This document shows, one piece after another, positions 1 through 13,298 of a stretch of DNA of 64,000 nucleotides (position 1 is its first letter; each line of letters begins with the position of its first letter). Both the position numbers and the translations under genes were made by a program. This stretch comes from Squalus acanthias (lineage: Eukaryota), in NCBI GenBank assembly GCA_030390025.1, contig CM059432.1, forward strand, positions 72,480,001-72,544,000, read 5' to 3'. The notes beneath the pieces are model-generated. The model was not told the DNA's origin. It saw only the letters and a list, made by a program, of their open reading frames with translations, and did no database searches.

Positions 1-1819
1 TCCACCAAAAACAGGCACACTGCTTTGGATAATGTGCTTTACTGCGACTTGGACAACTCACCTCTATTTAAAAATTAATGGCAACTTTAACTGGATAAGA
101 ATATCACCATAATCAAATTATTTCTACATGAGAGATGCACCAATTGTTTCTATCCAAGTAACATCAAGAAACACATTCCAGTTATTAACAAAAAGTTAAC
201 AGACTTTTTCATTCTCTGCATTTTTGTTACATCTCAGCACTTCACAACGGGAGGAAATCAGCAACAGGAAAGAATAACACAGTTTGCTGAAAATTATTGA
301 AAAGGATTAGCTTTCCTCACCAGTTTATGCACTTTACCTTTTTTGCAATGACTTACATCATGAGGAAAATATACTCCTTGATGTGTAATAGCAGCAAATA
401 TTCCTGGCGGTGCTAATGAAGAAGCTGGCTGCGCCTATGTCTATGTCCCTGTTACATTTTGTAATTAGTAGTTCTCTGATGCACCAATTTGCTGAGAGGT
501 AATGACTGCACCTAGGGCCCCTCTGAGCATCTTCCCTCAATAACCCATTTTCAGACAGAGAAAAAATGTTTTGTTCGGGGAATATCCAGATGCTCGGTAA
601 TGCTGGTCATATCATCTGATTGCCAATTTTACTATAACCTTCTAAGACTCTTCCAAACTCTCAATTGTCAGTATATACCTATAATTTGAAAGTGGAGCTT
701 GGTCTGGTGGCTGCCTGCTTACTGAACACTATCTGTATTTTGATCTGTTTCTTCCCTTTTTAACCTTGTTTTTATCTTGGGCTTCTCTCTTAAAGACAAC
801 AGATATTGCAGTCCAAAGCTCTGATTCACACCCAGAGACAAATCAAAATTCCAGGCTAACAGCAGCACAATCAAGCAAATCATACAAAGGTTAACATACC
901 TTCGAGGGTACTGAAGCTTTCACTGGATTACCCAGCACTAGTCAAATGGAGGAAGAAGGTCCCCGTAGGGGATTTGTTATGTTTATGATATTTTTCCACC
1001 CTTTTTATCCAAGATACTTCAGCTTCTGTATTTTAGATTACTCTCAGAAATGAGTTCTCAGCTCCTCATTGCAATGAGAGTACCTTCACTGGCTCTGATA
1101 ATGGAATACATTTCTGGTTAAGTAACCAGGACAATGAACAGAAAATCTTCATTTAAATTACTTTAACTATTGGATTTATCGTGTGCCTCCACAGGACCTC
1201 TCTCACATCTTCAAAAAGCAATAAAGCATCATAACATTAGATCTCAATTCAGACTTTAATCGAGTGAGTTTATTGAAATAAAGTTGAACATTACAGTACT
1301 ATAATACGTAGATATATATAAAATATATAATAACCAGATTCTCAATAGGAAAACAATAAATGGTCGCAATTTATATATGAAGCTACTATTTTGTAATTAA
1401 CCTTTTTTTTTTTAATACACAGTATTCTTGTCTTCTAGTAGTCGTTCTAACTGCAGGAGCTAAACAAGTTTACCAAGTCTTTTTCTGAAGGTTTCAACCA
1501 ACTTTACTCAACTCAACGCAACACAACAACATCAAATCCATAAAAATCCTGGACCTTCCTGGTTTTGAATAACTATCAGCTACATTCAAGAGTAACTGCC
1601 AAATATACAAAAAACTAAGCAAATCATGCTGTAAGAAAGACTTCAATTTATATGTGGTTGTACACATTTGGTTAAATGTAGCTTGGCTACTCCTTTAGAA
1701 AGGCCCAAAAAGCATCTCAACCCATTAACAGCCCTTGACAAAAGTGAAGGGAAAGGGAGCCAAAAAATGACAAGAAAAAATGAAGGGAAAAGAAACCCAA
1801 AGTAGGTCGACAAGCAAGT

Positions 1820-2972
1820 GACAGTGCAGCCCAGATCCCAATGCCTATTTGATGACCACTGAGGTGGAGCTGGTATTGTATGAGATGATTGCAAGGAGGG
1901 TGGCCCTGTTTGCCACTCCATGACACCATCCCCATAGGTCAGCATTGTAGTATGTCTGAAAGAAAGTAGAAGCAGATTGGAGGTCACAGCTGCTCAGTAT
2001 TGTCATTAGCTCTGCCAGCCCAATGCTGCATGGTGGCTACAGGTGTTCCAGCAGCAAATTGACACAGCTCTGCTCCTGGCTCTCTGCTGATCCAGAACCT
2101 GTGAAGAAAGTTCTCCAAGGCTATCACCAGGTAAATGCAACAATACCTAAGGATATGATTAGTGGCATCTTGGTTAGTGCAGCCAGTCAGGCTTTTCTGG
2201 CTGTTCGTTATCCTGGCATGCCTTCTTTCATGCAGTACCGCTGAAAGCATGGCATACACTGACTGGGGTGGTTCTGAGGAGTCAATCAACATTATGGTTA
2301 GTCAGGCATTCGCATCACCTACTGATGCATCAAGACTGCTGTATAAGCTTCATTTGTGAATAGCATCCTCCATCTGCACTAACTATCTGCCAAAGTGAGA
2401 TCTGGCCAGTGTTCAGGTATCAGCAGGTGGGCAGTCTGACCTGCCTGTCATTCCTCCATGATCTTCTATGTCTTCATCCTAACACATTGGGAAACCCGTT
2501 AGTGACGGTAACGGTGCTGGAAGTAAAAATAAAATGAACAACTGGAAAAAGGGCTCAGCGGGAGGACCTAAGTGCCAGCAGGAAAGAAAAATAGCCCAGA
2601 AATGATGGAAATACTTTATTGTGCCCTTTAAATGAAGTACCATATCTGGACACCCACATTACAAGCGCATCATTAAGAATCAATATCCTGCACACCGGAA
2701 TGTTGCGAAATGATGTGCAGATGTCCCTACCCACAAATTAATATTCAAATGAAACTCTCACCTGTTTTTAGGCAGGCCCTCCCCCTCAACCACCACCCCC
2801 CCGCCCCCCCTCCCCACCCTCGGCCTTCCCTGGCTTCTGAAAATGATGGTGGAAAATGGAGTGGGCACTAAAGTGAGCAGAGTTTTGGTGGAATGGAACT
2901 CCAGCCCATTTTCAATCTGGGCTGCTCGACTTACAGTAGTAAATTGAGCAGCCTCAATGGGAAAATTGAGGC
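1820..2972 (-). mobile_element. Highly degenerate DNA-transposon remnant, possibly Harbinger-type
   Basis: TIR-like end GGGAAAATTGAGGC at 2959-2972 and minus-strand TTAAAGGG near 2624-2631, a motif shared with other Harbinger-type ends here. No recognisable ORF; left boundary uncertain. Confidence 0.3.
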
Positions 2973-3802
2973 ACTTACTTCTATCGAAACTAACGTATTT
3001 ATACATCTAAAGCACCCAGTTTTCCTGGTTATCTGGGGTCAGTTATCTGTGATGTTCACTTAGGGTGTTCTCTGTCTTTGATAACCAATTTTCCAGTGGT
3101 CTATGGGCTAATCCTCTATGATGGCTTATTAAAGAGTTACCAATCTTTGGCATTTTCTTTCTCTGCTGGAGTAAGGAGTTCACTATTTGTAGTGTCTTAT
3201 TAAGAAACCATTCATGGCATCCATTTTTTTGATTCGGGGGCTATGCATTAGGTTACCTCTTTCATTACTATTCTAGAAGGTTGTGTTATTTGTGTGGGGA
3301 GTATTCATTTCTAACTATTCAATTTTTCAACAGTCTAGAGATGCAGTCCCCACATACTAATAATTTGATTTTTTTTTTAAAAAAAACAATATTTGAAGCT
3401 AGATTCATATTTGAATCATTTCAATTTTGGGGGAAGGGCGGTCTGATCCAAATCCAAAATATAAATTAATCCAAATGCTCATCCATAGTTAATATTTATA
3501 TCCCACTTACATCCCAGAACTTTAAATATCACTGTTGGCACAGTTTTGTTAATTTTAATAGGAAAGGATATTCTGCGAATAATCGCATAGTTGTTTTATA
3601 AGGGAGTCATGTGTACACTTACTGTTGTCTCAGTACCATACTTTCTGCTTTAAAAGTGCTTGTCCGGATATATAAGGGGTAAATCCACAATCCTGTTTGC
3701 TGAGATCAACCTATCAAATCATTTTGAGATTGCATTAAACTGAGTTTTGATGGTGGAATTGGCTCCAGGTGCCATGGAATTCCTGCTCTATGCAGTGAAT
3801 AA

Positions 3803-4429
3803 GGGGCCTAATTGGATAAGGCCAGAAAAAGGGCGCGAGGATCGCGGTGCATGATCTGCCTGCGCTCATTGAAAGTAGTGCAGGCAGCACACAAAACTTG
3901 TGCTGCCTGCTCATTAACATGATTGCAGCGCTGAGCCCAGCGCTGAATACACTGTTGGTTGGCTCAGCGCTCAACAGGGAGCCCAATATTGGGTGGCATC
4001 TGCTCTCTATTGAATAGTTGCCTGCAGAGTGAAAGGCTGTCTGCACTTCTTAAAGGGAAGGTGCTTTGTGAGAGAAGTACCTCATTGTGACTGGAGCTGG
4101 AACTTAGCAATGTTTCAACAGGGCAGAGAAAGGGCACCTTGGTTCTCCAATGCAGCACTGGGGGCCTTGGTGCAGATGGTCTGTAGGAGGAGACAGGTCC
4201 TATACCCGCAGGGGGCCAGAAGGCCTTCCAGACACACTGTTCGAAGGCAGTGGGAGGAGATCGCTGAAGCCGTCAGTCTTTCCCCCAGGACATGGATCCA
4301 GTGCCGGAAGAAGTTTAATGACCTCACACAAGTGGTCAAGGTGAGTGAATGTATCTTCAAATGCCATATCCAACCAACTGCACCACTAGCCTCACACACT
4401 GCTCACTGCACCACATCCCCATCACTCAC
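3803..4429 (+). mobile_element. Harbinger-type element A, left arm (continues at 10994 after a CR1 insertion)
   Basis: TAA then GGGGCCTAATTGG terminus, CTTAAAGGG near 4049, followed by a Myb/SANT exon. Confidence 0.8.
4110..4340 (+). pseudogene. Myb/SANT-like DNA-binding protein exon 1 (Harbinger accessory gene, element A)
   Basis: MFQQGRERAPWFSNAALGALV...QWEEIAEAV...RTWIQCRKKFNDLTQVVK, ending at donor AAG|GTGAGT; Myb/SANT-like tryptophan pattern. Confidence 0.85.
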
Positions 4430-4792
4430 ATAAGAACATAAGAAATAAGAGCTGGAGTAGGCCATTTGAGCCTGCTCCGCCATTCAACAAGATCATGGCT
4501 GATTTTCTACCTCAACTCCACCTTCCCGCACTATCCCCATATTCCCTAATTCCCTTTGTTCCCAAAAAGTTATCGATCTCTGTCTTGAATATACTCAATG
4601 ACTGAGCATCCACAGCTCTCTGGGGTAGAGAATTCCAAAGATTCACAACCCTTTGAGTGAATAAATTTCTCCTCATCTCAGTCCTAAATAGCTGACCCCT
4701 TATACTGTGACTGTGACCCCATGTTCTAGATTCCCCAGCCAAGGGAAACATTTACCCATCATTAACCCGGTCAAGCCCCTTAAGAATTTTAT

Positions 4793-6070
4793 GGGGGAAA
4801 ATTTCGGTATCAACCATTTTGGGGCGCTAATATCGGCCGGGCGCAAAATTTAGCGCCCAGCGAAAATTATCGCTGGCGACCGGGAAATTCGTCTCCAGCT
4901 TCCCCGGAGGTGATTGGTGCGCTAAATCAAGCGCTACACATTTCTCTTAGGGCGCTACCTTCGGGGAACAGGGCGCTACCTCAGAGCGCTACTCAAGCTC
5001 AAGTGCTGTCAATTACCAAGTCATCAAACAGACTGGCGCCTTCCAGTTCTTAAAGGGGAGGGTGCATCATGCTGCACAGCCTCACCCTGATCATTGCTGC
5101 ATTTGACCTGGGCCTGCAAGGAGGTGCAAATCTTCAACAATGATTATCATGGCTGCTCAGAGGCCCAGGGAGAGAGCTGGTTGGTTTAGCGACCAGGCAT
5201 TGGAGGCCTGGTTGTGGCTGTGGAACGCCGACGGGCAGTGCTGTTCCCAGACACTGGCAGGAGGCCAATGCCCCGGGAGTTCACAAGGGTGTGGAGGGAG
5301 ATGGCCCATTACGTATCGTCCAGGAGCCTGGTCCAAAGGACTCACACCCAGTGCCGCAAGAAGTTCAGTGACCTCACTCAGGTGGTCAGGGTGAGTAAAT
5401 GCTTGAAATACCTCTACATCCCACCATCTCAACCTCACTCTTTGCACAGACGGTATAAAGTGCCAAATCCCCAACACTCACTCAACAACTATGCCCATCT
5501 ACTAAAAGTCACATCCACATCTCACACCTTGCAGACATTAACGGCTGTTCAACTATGGTAGGCACATCTGCCAAACACATGGCTACAAACTCACTCACAT
5601 GCTGTCCGTTTTCTTGCAGGCCAAGCTTTCTCATAACAGGAGGGAGCAACAACGCACGGGAGGAGGTCAGGTGGAGCTGCACCCCCTCACACAGCTGGGG
5701 GTGTGAGTTCACAGACTGATCGCGAGCCATGTCGTGGGCGCTGTGGCAGTTGGAGAGGTTGACCCCCTTGGGGACAGCAACAGTATGTTCATCATCTCTC
5801 ATAACACTTTCCCCTCACAACACGAACCTTTCCCACTTTCCATCTAACTATACTGTCTCCATTCCTTGCTCCCTTCCTGTCCCCCTGCCCTCACGTTAAA
5901 GCCACTCTTGTACCTTCCTGCTTTCAGATAGTGAGCCACCATCTGGCCAGCCTGTCCCTCAGCCTCCCAGTGGCAGTGACGTGGGAGAGGAGGAGGAACA
6001 CCAAGCTGGAGCCTCACCGCCTGCGTCTCCCGAGGGCGAGACATCCGATACTGGGGCCACGCGGTCACAG
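4793..6070 (+). mobile_element. Harbinger-type element B, 3'-truncated, nested in CR1
   Basis: GGGGGAAAATTTCGG terminus after TAT, GC-rich subterminal repeats (AGCGCTAC-like), CTTAAAGGGG near 5049, Myb gene downstream. Confidence 0.8.
5149..6070 (+). pseudogene. 3-exon Myb/SANT-like gene of element B (exons 5149-5390, 5620-5782, 5928-truncated)
   Basis: MAAQRPRERAGWFSDQALEA / VERRRAVLFP...WREMA...RTHTQCRKKFSDLTQVVR|GTGAGT; exon 2 AKLSHNRREQQRTGGG; GT-AG introns; one frameshift and one TGA. Confidence 0.85.
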
Positions 6071-6631
6071 GTGTGGCCTCACCAATGCCTGTATAATTGT
6101 ATTAAGACTTCTTTACTTTTATACTCTAATCCCTTTGTAACAAAGGCTAACATACCATTTGCTTTTCTAATTGCTTGCTGTACCTGCATGTTAACTTTCT
6201 GTGATTCATATACAAGGACACCCAGGTCCCTCTGAGTGCAAACATTTCCCAGTCTCTCACCATTCAAAAAATATTCTGCTTTTTTGTTTTTCCTACCAAA
6301 GTGGATAACTTCACACTTCACCACATTGTATTCCTTTTGACATGTTCTTGCCCACTCAGTCAACCTGTCTATATATCTCTGCAGCCTCTTTGTGTCCTCC
6401 TCACAGCTTACTTTTCCACTTAACTTTGTATCATCAGCAAACTTGGATACATTACACTCAGTCCCTTCATCTAAGTCATTAATATAGATTATTAATATAG
6501 ATTGTAAATAGCTGAGGCCCAAGCACAGATCCTTGCGGTACCCCACTAGTTACAGCCTGCCAACCTGAAAAAGTTCAGTTATTCCTACTCTCTGTTTTCT
6601 GTCCATTAACCAATCCTCAATCCTTGCTAAT

Positions 6632-7386
6632 GGCCTAGAAATTCCGTTCCCTATGGGTGTGTACGCGCTGTGTACTCACCTGTAGGGCCAACGGAAGTGC
6701 CAGTTTTACGCATGCACTGCGCATGCACTGGAAACCGGAACTTCCGTCCTCTGCAGAAAGGGCTTGACAGGTCAAACGCCTGCGCCGGATAGGCAGCGCG
6801 TACGGCAGAAACTTCCGTTTTTTTCACAGTTGCTTCAGTCCAGGTAAGTCGGAAACAGCTGCGCCTAGAAAAGCAGGTGCGAGGCCTGCTTTTACCAGGC
6901 TAATCGTTTAAGAAAGTTAAAAACAAAATTTTTTCCACTGATTTATCATTTTAAAATACTTTAAAGAAAGGTAAGTTTATTTTTAGCCCCGTTAAAAACT
7001 TTAATTATTTTTTTCAAAAATTTAAATCTTTGTTTAAAATAGTTAATTTATGTAATTTATAGTCATTTTAAAAATGTGATTTTTTTTTCATTTATTTGAA
7101 GTTTTACTTATGTTTTGGGGCTGATCTCTTCATATATTTGACAGGTCTTCCTGTCAAATCTATGAATGGAGATTTCCTGCTCTGATTGGCTCCCCATGGC
7201 CCATGTGATCCAAGGGACACTGCGAACTACATGCGCCCCTGGGATACGCGTGCCCTGCACACCGGCAGTTTGAAGAGGCACAGCAACGGAATTCTGCGCC
7301 TCCCGGGAGCCCTCCGGTCCAGGTGCAGATTTTTCCAAATCGCAGCCCTCCGCCCGCGGAAGGGCTGCAAACGGAATTTCTGGGCC
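6632..7386. mobile_element. Non-autonomous TIR element (family G), 755 bp
   Basis: TIR GGCCTAGAAATTCCGTT / AACGGAATTTCTGGGCC; AAT TSD, whose removal restores CR1 sequence gctaatatattacc. Confidence 0.9.
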
Positions 7387-7915
7387 AATATATTACCCCC
7401 AATACCATGAGTCTTAATTTTGTGTAATAACCTCTTTTGTGACACCTTATCGAATGCTATTTGAAACTCCAAATACACTACATCCACTGGTTCCCCCTTA
7501 TCCATCCTACTAGTTACATCTTCAAAAAACTAACAGATTTGTCAAACACGATTTCACTTTCATAAAACCATGTTGACTCTGCCTAATCATATTATGATTT
7601 TCTGAAGTGCCCTGTTACCACGTCCCTAATAATAGATTCTAGCATTTTGCCTACTACTGATGTCAGGCTAACTGGTCTATATTTCCCCATTTTTTCTGTT
7701 CCTCCTTTCTTAAATAGCGGGGTTATGTTTGCTACCTTCCAATCCTTGGGGACTATTCTAGAATCTAGGGAATTCTGGAAGATTAATACCAGTGCATCCA
7801 CTAACTCTGCAGCTACTTCTTTTAAAACCCTAGAATGCAGGTCGTCAGGTCCTGGGGATTTGTCGCCACTTAGTCCCATTCATTTCTCCAGTACTATGTC
7901 TTTACTTATACTGAT

Positions 7916-10325
7916 TCATGGGACACTGGCATTAGTACTGGGGAAAGAGGGAGCTGTTCCGTTGGGACGGGCTCCACTTAAACCAGGCTGGGACCAGTGT
8001 CCTAGCAAATCAAATAACTAGGGCGGTAGATAGGGCTTTAAACTAATGAAGGTGGGGTGGGAGCATTCAGAAAAGGGTCAATTCAAAAGCAGTAAGAGAA
8101 ATGTCGAGGCTGTAGAACAGAGTAGTGATCTGGGTAAAGATAAGCAGAGTGGGTCAGGAAGAGACAGAGAGATTAATAAAGGTAATAGGGCACCAGTGAC
8201 TAAAGTGACATCAGGGAAAAATAGAAAAAAGTTAAAGCTAAAGGTACTATATCTGAATGCACGAAGCATTCGCAACAAAATAGATGAATTAATAGCACAG
8301 ATAGAAATAAATGGGTTTGATTTAATAGCCATTGCAGAGTGACCAAGGTTGGGAACTAAATATTCCAGGATATTTGACTTTCAGAAGAGACAGGCAGAAT
8401 GCAAAAGGAGGGGGGTTAGCCCTGATAATAAAGGAGGGTATAAAGACAGTAGAGAGAAAGGATCTTGGCTTGGAAAAACAAAATGTAGAATCAGTTTGGG
8501 TGGAGCTAAGAAACAACAAGGGGCAGAAAACACTAGTGGGAGTAGTTTATAGGCCCCCTAACAGTAGTTGTACTGTCAGGCAGAGTATAAATCAAGAAAT
8601 TAGAGATGCATGTAACAGGGGTAATACGGTAATCATGGGAGACTTTAACTTTCATATAGACTGGGCAAACCAAATTTGCAGTGATTGTGCAGAGGAAGAG
8701 TTCATGGAATGCATTCAAGATAGTTTTCTAGATCAGTATGTTGAGGAACCTACTAGGGAATTGGCTATTTTAGATCTAATATTGTGCAATGAGACAGGGT
8801 AAATGAATAACCTTGTAGTAAAAGAGCCTCTGGGGAGCAGTGATCATAATATGATATCATTTTATGTTGTGTTTGAGAGTGATTTAGTTAAGTCCGAAAC
8901 TAGGGTCCTAAATCTGAACAAAGTACACTACATATGTATAAGAGGCAAGTTGGCAAAGGTAGGTTGGGAAACTAGATTAAAAGATATGACAGTAGAAAAG
9001 CAATGGCAAACATTTAAAGAAATAATTCGTAATTCACAACGGATATACATTCCCTTAAGGAATAAAAACACCACAGGGAAAATGGTCCACCCGTGGCTAA
9101 CAAGAGAAATTAAAGATAGTATTAGATTACAGGAAGAGGCCTATAATGTTGCCAAAAGGAGTAGTAAGCCTGAGTATTGGGAGGATTTTAGAATTCAGCA
9201 AAGGAGGACCAAGAAATTGATAAAGAAATGGAAAATAGAATATGAGAGTAAACTAGCGAGAGACATAAAAACAGACTGTAAAAGCTACTATAGGTATGTA
9301 AAAAGGAAAAGATTAGCAAAAGTAAACATGGGTCTCTTACAGGCTGAGACAGGAGAAATTATAATGGGGAATAAGGAAATGGCAGAGCAATTAAACTAAT
9401 ACTTTGTGTCTGTCTTCATGGAAGAAGATGCAAAAAACATTCCGGAAACAGTAGCGAACCAAAGGTCTAATGAGAATGAGGAACTGAAAGAAATTAGTAT
9501 TAGTAAAAAAAATAGTACTGGAGAAATTAATGGGACTGAAAGCCGATAAATTCCCTGGACCTAATGGCCTACATCCTAGGGTTTTAAAAGAGGTAGCTAT
9601 AGAGATAGATGATGTATTGGTTGTCATCTTCCAAAATTCCATAGATTCTGTAACGATTCCTGTGGATTGGAAGTTAGCAAATGTAACCCCATTATTTTAA
9701 GAAAGGAGGGAGAGAGAAAACGGGGAACTACAGACCAGTTAGCCTGACATCAGTAGTAGGGAAAATACGAGAATCTATTATTAAGGACGTGGTAACAGGG
9801 CACTTAGAAAATAATAATAGGATTGGACAGAGTCAACATGGATTTATCAAAGGGAAATCGTGTTTGACAAATCTGTTAGTGTTTTTTGAGGTTGTAACTA
9901 GCAGGATAGATAAGGGGGAACCAGTGGATGTGGTGTATTTGGATTTTCAGAAGGCATTCGATAAGGTGCCACACAAGAGGTTATTAAATAAAATTAGGGC
10001 TCATAGGATTGGGGGTAATATATTAGTATGGAATGAGGATTGCTTAACAGACAGAAAGCAGAGAGTAGGAATAAACGGGTCATTTTCGGGTTGGCAGGGT
10101 GTAACTAGTGGGTTAGCACAAGGATCAGTGCTTGGGCTTCAGCTATTTAAAATCTATATCAATGACTTGGATGAGGGGACTGAGTATAATGTATCCAGGT
10201 TTGCTGATGATACAAAGCTAGGTGGGAAAGTAAGTTGTGAGGAGGATGCAAAGAGGCTGCAAGGGGATATAGACAGGCTAAGTGAGTGGGCAAGAACATG
10301 GCAAATGGAATATAATGTGGAGAAA
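7916..10325 (+). mobile_element. CR1 LINE internal fragment (ORF1 end, APE endonuclease, RT), disrupted
   Basis: ORFs 8046-10388: YLNARSIRNK, VYRPPNS, MGDFN, SDHN, QHGF, FADDTKL, with stops and frameshifts. Confidence 0.95.
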
Positions 10326-10447
10326 TCACCTACCTGCTGGTTTTTTTATTCCACTGCTCTGCTGCTCCTGGCGAGTTTATTTATTTAATTAAACTTAACT
10401 TTATATTTGGCAGACAGCTTTAGTTAAAGAAAAAGCAAATGACTTAA

Positions 10448-10650
10448 GCCGCGAAATTTGGCTCCTTTGCGCCTGCCGTTAGCACCTGCGGGGGGCGCTA
10501 ACGGGGCACAAGGGCTTATCACTCGGGCGGGGGCCTCCCGAGAAATTCGGCGGGGCGCTACTGAGGTGCTAGCCAATAGCACTGCGCCCCCGCCGGTAGC
10601 GCCCCACCGTGACCCCTTACTGCCCGGCAGCCGTAACCAAATTTCGCCCC
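10448..10650. mobile_element. Short GC-rich MITE, Tourist/Harbinger-like
   Basis: GCCGCGAAATTTGG ... CCAAATTTCGCCCC termini flanked by TAA and TTA. Confidence 0.75.
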
Positions 10651-11171
10651 CTTACTGTTTACTCACCGGGTTTACTCAGACCTCCTCCTTCGTGCTCTCC
10701 GTGACTTCACGTTATCAGACTTTCCCTTTTGTTAGTTTCACTGCCTGCTCTTAAACTATTTTTCATATTAGTTATCAATTATTCTGAATATTTATTTAAC
10801 GATTTATTTATAGTCATGTTAAAAATTAAAAATTAACACTAAAAAGAGTGTACAAAGTAGATTAAATACGGAGCTCAATCTCCTCCGGATCCTCCGCTGA
10901 TTATGACGTCAGTGTGATTTTTTTTCTCTCGGTTTGTTGCTCTGCCGCTCTGCTCACTGCTGCCACTCTTTTTAAACCGCTGCTCTGCTCACGCTCACCT
11001 ACCAACAATCTCTAATCATAGCTTCACCTCACCCTCACATACTTACCACTGCTGCAAACCTCACACCCACATCTCACTCCGTGCATACAATGCCAGCTAT
11101 TTGACCATGACAGACACATCCTCCAAACACATTGCACCACACTCACTGACACACTTCCCTTTCACTTGCAG

Positions 11172-12286
11172 GCCAAGGTGGCTCACAACCAGTGCAAGCA
11201 GGAGCAAACAGGCAAGCACGGCTGTAGAACTTGACCCAGCTGGAGAAGACAGTGCTGCAGATAATTGGAGGGGCCATCACTGAGGCCATCACTGAGGCCA
11301 TGGCTAGCGGCAAGGCTGAAAGCATGAATGATGACGGTATGCTCATACCTAATCCTGCTCCTCACATCAAACTTACCCCATCCTACAATCTAAGCATGTA
11401 CCCCACCAGAACCTGACCCTTGTGCCTTTCTCCTTTCAGATACGCAAGAACTGCCACCAGCCCAGCCTGTACAGGAAGAAGTAGAGGAGGAGAGTGATGG
11501 AGAAGAAGAGACACCGTCACATGATCTGACACTTCCACGCACCAGCTCAGAAAATGGCACTGCGTGAACTTTAGAGGTTAGTATAGAAGCGGGATCTGCA
11601 CGTGGTGAGTCACTGGGCATGAGTAAGTTGCAGACAGGCCAGGGGGAAAGGGTAGCGTTGGTGCCAGCTCCCCGGATCGCGATGTCGTATACGAGTTCTG
11701 CTGCACAGGACTCAGATGAGAACTTCGATGGGGTGGTCTTCAGAAAAAGGGTGATGGACATGTAAAAGAAATGCTTGGTGCAATGGCAGGCCTGCCAGAG
11801 GGCCTATCACTGTCAAGGAACATGAAGGTGTCCGGCTCTAACATTGCATGGGGCTTTACGCGAAGCTTGGAGCCCATCATGATGTGCTGGGCGTGGTCGC
11901 ACGTTAAGTGAGTGGTAGCCTTTGCTGTTACGGTACATCTCAGCATTGATATGCGGCACTCGCAAAACCACTTATGTGCAGTCGATGGCGCACTGCACCA
12001 TGGGGAAGCCCGATATCCTGGCAAAGTCACGTGCGCGCTCCTCCTGCTTAGAGCCCATGATTTCCAGGATGGAAGTGATGGGCAACTCCATTAGAGTACT
12101 TGTGGACCCAACCATGATGCTGGGTGTGATGGGAGATGTTGCAGCTTCCATTGCAGCACAAGCGGAAGAGTCCCAATGTCTGAGTGCTGCAGTGCTTAGA
12201 CTTCTGTCATGCAGCCTCAGCTTGCTGCCACGCAAGATCAGACTGTTGCCATCGTAGCTGGGTTTACGAGTGTGAAAAGGGGCTTG
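11172..12286 (+). pseudogene. Myb/SANT gene of element A, exons 2 (11172-11336) and 3 (from 11440)
   Basis: TTGCAG|AKVAHN...LTQLEKTVLQIIG...DD|GTATGC, then TTTCAG|DTQELPPAQPVQEEVEEESDGEEETPS; same intron phases as element B; contains stops. Confidence 0.8.
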
Positions 12287-12645
12287 CTCTCTGTTTAGAG
12301 AGAAGACCATGAAGTGCCTTCCTCTGGAGTACAGAGCCTCTGTGACCTCCCGGATGCAGCGATGGACGTCGAACTGGGAGATGTTAGCTATGTCACCTGT
12401 TCCAGCCTGGAAGGATCTGCTGGCAAACAAATTCAGGGCCACGGTCACCTGGAGGGCCACTTGCAGAGTCATTGATGCCTTGCTCTGAGGCGGCAGGACT
12501 GGTTCCAACAAGTGACAGAGTTCTGTGACCACCACCTTAGTGAAGCAGAGCCTCCGAATACACTGATCCTGGCTTAGATGCAAGTAGGAGAAGTGCTCCC
12601 TGAAGACCCTAGGTGGGTAAGACCTCCTGCTCAGAGCCCTCCTCC
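11883..12645 (-). pseudogene. Harbinger (HARBI1-type) DDE transposase, N-terminal half, split into two pieces
   Basis: CIRRLCFTK...VTVALNLFASRSFQ...ISQFDVHRCIREVTEAL (12287-12645) and ARDFARISGFPMVQCAIDCT*...YRNSKGYHSLNV (11883-12050); convergent to the Myb gene as expected for Harbinger. Confidence 0.9.
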
Positions 12646-12649
12646 TCCA

Positions 12650-13200
12650 GGAAATCCAGCAGGGCAGCTGTTACTTAAAGCCATCCTGCAGCACCTTAAA
12701 GGAGAGGTGCTTTTTACAGTAGTGGATAGTGGGCAGTGAGATTGTGCAGCAAAATGCAAAATGACTGACACAGATCCCCAGGTTCTCTATTTCTGTAGTG
12801 GAAGTACTGGTTGACAAAGTAAGCAGCAAGAAGGAGGTTATTTTCCCCTTGACCTGGCTGAAGTGCATTCCTGTCATCATGCACACTATGGTAAGTTGCC
12901 TTATACATCTTGAAAATCAAGAAAAGTGGACACATTAACCTACTTCCACTCTACTTGCAGGAGAAGCTGGGACACAACAGGAGGGAGAGTACCACAACAG
13001 GAGGAGGTCCTACCATTCTACAGACACGGACACAAATGGAAGAAGCTGCCATTGACATTATTGGCAAAGCAAGGACACGTAGCACTGGAGATGGCCAGGT
13101 TGGTTGCCACACACAGCAGGGTGTTTAGGCATCTTCCTTTCCTTTTCTCTTTCCACATAACTCACACACTCACTCGAGACTTCCTGTTTGTCATGTTTAT
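12650..13200 (+). mobile_element. Fragment of a further Harbinger-type element with Myb exon 2 (12961-13120)
   Basis: CTTAAAGG near 12695; TTGCAG|EKLGHNRRESTTTGGGP...MEEAAIDIIG, homologous to exon 2 of A and B. Confidence 0.7.
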
Positions 13201-13298
13201 TTTCTGTGTCACTAATTATTCATGCTTGTGTGACAATCAGTTTCACGTGGGGTAACACCTGCAGTAACACTTTAGATAACCTTTACTGAGAATACAAT

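Larger units (their letters stand above)
4430..10993 (-). mobile_element. CR1 LINE, composite: 3' end 4430-4792, RT pieces 6070-6631 and 7387-7915, 5'UTR about 10330-10993
   Basis: TAAGAACA-type tail at 4431, RT motifs (KFADDTKL, DKSPGPD) on the minus strand, CTCAC on both sides (4425-4429, 10994-10998) as probable TSD. Confidence 0.8.

Noticed and set aside
200..1100. Possible minus-strand exons of an upstream gene (donor-like sites near 355 and 897, ORF 358-540)
   Set aside because: No recognisable protein similarity, and stops prevent a consistent spliced frame.
2951..2972. GCCTCAAT/ATTGAGGC hairpin as a Helitron 3' end
   Set aside because: No CTRR terminus follows; better explained as a TIR end.
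11972..12583. Domesticated HARBI1 gene
   Set aside because: Stop right after the IDCT motif, rearranged, missing later catalytic residues, embedded in a transposon.
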